DNA from: Takakia lepidozioides
Lineage: Eukaryota > Plantae > Bryophyta
Assembly: GCA_030704615.1 (NCBI GenBank)
Contig: CM060733.1
Span: 48,360,001-48,424,000, forward strand
DNA: 64,000 nucleotides
Reading direction: 5' to 3'
Part shown: piece by piece, positions 61,226 through 64,000 of the stretch
How the letters are laid out: the number at the start of each line of letters is the position of its first letter
How positions within the stretch are numbered: the stretch's first letter is position 1
Program-made: the position numbers and the translations under genes
Notes under the pieces: model-generated
What the model saw: only the letters and a program-made list of their open reading frames with translations
Database searches by the model: none
What the model was told of the DNA's origin: nothing

Positions 61226-64000
61226 ATGAGCCAGATCTCGTTCGACTCTGTGAGCACACACCCTGGTGACGACGATCAGGATAGTGAAATGGCTAGAGAC
61301 CGTGAGCGCTCAGATGCGGCCAGTCTCACCCGAGCTTCAGATCGCGAACATGGGAGTCAGTTGTTTTCCCAGCAGCAGATGGAGGCCTTAGGTACTTTGA
61401 TTCGATCTGAGATACAGAAATTGGCCCCTGCACAAGCTCAAACTGAAAAGTGATCTAGGGATCTACCTATGAGTGAGCCACTGAATGAGGACGAATCTGA
61501 GGCCGATTCCCATGAGGCCAAGATGAAAAGAAGCAAGGATATCACCAGGGAGATCAGAAGATTGGTGAAGTTGCCAGAATTCTATGGTAAGCCATCTGTC
61601 AAGCCCGAGGAAATATTGTCTTTCCTAGATACATTAGAAGAGTTCTTTGAGGACGATTATTCAGAGGAAGCCAAGATACAGACAGCTGCTCTACAGCTCC
61701 GTGATGCTGCCAAGCTATGGTGGTCGCGCCAGAAGCAGGAACGCCGTGAATATAATAGTTGGGCTATGTTTAAGACACTGCTCTTAGCCCACTACCTATC
61801 TGGCGACTATGCACACAAGACGAAAGTTGAATTGTTCAGGCTGAAACATGAGACTATGAGCGTGGGAGAGTTTAAGACGAGATTTGAAACCCATGCCAGT
61901 TATTTCCCCTCGTTGAGTGAAGAGGACAGAGTTGATTTTTTTGTTGATGGCCTCAGTGATTCTTTCAAATTTAAGGTCAAAGCCCACAACCCTCGTACCA
62001 AGGCAGAAGCATATCGTTTGGCCTGTAATTTTGAGAACGAAGTTAGGGCACAACGTTCTTCGAATTTTGCTCGTGGCACGGCAGAATTCAAGCCTAGATC
62101 ATCTGGTCTTTGGCAGTCACCAGCGAAGAGAGGGAATTGGAAGAGGTTTAAACCAGTTAAGAAGGTGGGGGATCAAACTATACGGAGACCGCCAATGAGG
62201 GCTTCTCCAAGGCTCAGTTTCAAAGAGCAGGAAGAACACAGGCGTAAGGGTTTGTGTTTCTTGTGCCATGAACCCAACACAGAGCAGTGTAGAAGTACCC
62301 GAATAATCGTCAGGCTCGACAGAACAGCCGCCTTGACAGTTGAAGGACCTACAGAACCTGCGCGGTTGTTGAAATTGGGGAGAAGTTAGGACAAGAAAGA
62401 GGGAAAGGTCCTAACGTGCGGGTTTCTGCAGCTATCATTGGAGACCAAATAGAGCATGACGTGATACGGGTTCAGGGGAGAGTGGCTGGAATTCCCACTC
62501 AAGTGCTGATTGATACAGGCAGCACTCATAACCTGTTGTCAAAGGATTTTGCTGACAAGTTGGGACTAGTTCAAGAAGACATGCAACCCTGTCAAATCTT
62601 GTTACCAGATGGTGGCGTGGATTCTACGCACAAACACATCCCAAGGGTACCGATGGTCATGCAAGGAGTACAAACTATGGCTGACTTTGAGGTCTGGGAG
62701 GGAGCTTGGGTACGACTGCATCCTTGGCATGCGGTGGCTGGATCCGGTTGATGCTGTGGTGGCTTGCAAATCCAGACTGTTAGTGGTACCTTGCCCAACG
62801 GGAAGGGATTCAATATCAAAGGTACTAGAGCTCTTCCCAATGTACATGTCTTGTCAGCTATTCAGATGAAGAGATGTATGCGGAAGGGAAATGCTCAGCT
62901 TTTTACTGTTAGCTTGCATGAGATCTTGGAAACAAATCAGGAGAAGGGAAGTCACATCCCAGACTTAGCCTGATCCTGAATGAATATAAAGATATGTTTC
63001 CTGATGAGCTCCCTGGGATGCCCCCTGAACGGGAGGTTGATCATGCTATTGAGTTGATGTCAAATGCTGTACCGGTTGCAAGGGCACCGTACAGGCATTC
63101 AATTGCAGAAAGCGAAGAGTTAGAAAAAGCAGTTGAATGACCTGTTGGAAAAGGGGTATACGTCCAAGTAAATCCCCTTGGGGTGCCCCTGTAATGTTTA
63201 AGAAGAAGAAAGATGGGACTTTGAGACTGTGTGGACTATAGATGGTTGAATAAGGTCACCATCAAGAATAAGTTTCCTTTGCCTCGTGTGGACGATTTGT
63301 TGACTATCTATATGGGAGTCAGGTTTTTTCAAACTTGATCTTCGGTCTGGATATCATCAGATACGGATCAAGAATTCTGACAAACCAAAGACAGGATTTC
63401 TCGATCTCGTTTTGGTCATTACAAATTCTTGGTGATGCCATTTGGGCTCACGAATGCTCCAGCAACATTTACTCATCTGATGAACTCTCTGTTCCAGAAA
63501 TATTTGGGGAAGATGGTGCTAGTCTACATGGATGATATACTAATATACTCGAAGTCTGAAGAAGAACATGAACTGCATTTACACTTGGTTTTAGACATAC
63601 TGAGAGAGAACCACCTGTTTGCTAAGAGAAGCAAGTGTGAATTCTTTGTAGACCACATGGATTACTTGGGATTTTGCATTTCCAAAGATGGAATCTCAAT
63701 TGATCCTAAGAAAGTCCAGACAGTGGTTGATTGGCCTAAACCAAGTGATAAGACTGAGGTTAGAAGCTTTATTGGGTTTGCTAGCTTCCTACGGAAGTTT
63801 GTTAAATCTTTTTCACAGATTGCAACCCCATTAACTGACCTGCTTAAGGACTCGAGTCCTGTAAGCTTGAAGGATGTCTGGACAAGAGAATGTGACAACA
63901 GTTTCGAGAAATTGAAGTTTGCCTTAACACATGCTCCTGTACTAAAATTTCTCGACCCTACGAAGGGAGCAATAGTGTTGTGTACTGATGCAAGTGATCT
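61226..64000 (+). pseudogene. gag-pol of the second Ty3/Gypsy element
   Basis: ORF pieces 61226-61453, 61469-62389 and 62416-62751, plus frameshifted RT downstream. Confidence 0.88.

Larger units (their letters stand above)
60369..64000 (+). mobile_element. Ty3/Gypsy LTR retrotransposon, 5' part (runs off window), degenerate
   Basis: 5' LTR TG..CA, PBS, gag (KLPEFYG..LQLRDAAKLWW), protease (VLIDTGSTHN), RT (LVMPFGLTNAPATF, YMDDILIYS) and the start of RNase H (CTDASD). Stops and frameshifts present. Confidence 0.9.

Overview
Eukaryotic land-plant nuclear DNA: spliceosomal GT-AG introns, class II KNOX genes and Ty3/Gypsy elements. A seed-free plant is likely, but that is an inference. The window holds two direct copies (1-11705 and ~40662-59370) of a large Mutator-like (MULE) DNA transposon. 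Each copy carries three parts: (i) a minus-strand Zn-finger/DDE/SWIM transposase; (ii) a divergently transcribed 9-10-exon gene for a ~1,080-1,160 aa protein fusing a ParB/Srx-like domain (DGNHR) to a beta-class N4C/N6A DNA-methyltransferase-like domain; (iii) inside intron 1 of that gene, a tandem array of 116-bp units, each with an 18-19-bp palindromic stem and a GCAA loop (~24 units in copy 1, roughly 90 in copy 2). This transposase + ParB-MTase + palindrome-array module is the best candidate for an undescribed system, conceptually similar to VANDAL/VANC anti-silencing MULEs and to ParB/parS. Between the copies lies a decayed cluster of at least four class II KNOX paralogues. One is split by a chromovirus LTR element, one by MULE copy 2, and two form an inverted duplication. 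The interval also has GT4 glycosyltransferase and SDR pseudogene fragments, a hAT MITE and a SINE-like sequence. A second Ty3/Gypsy element runs off the right edge. Many 1-bp indels, especially in and near array 2, could be long-read consensus errors, so frameshift-based pseudogene calls are provisional.
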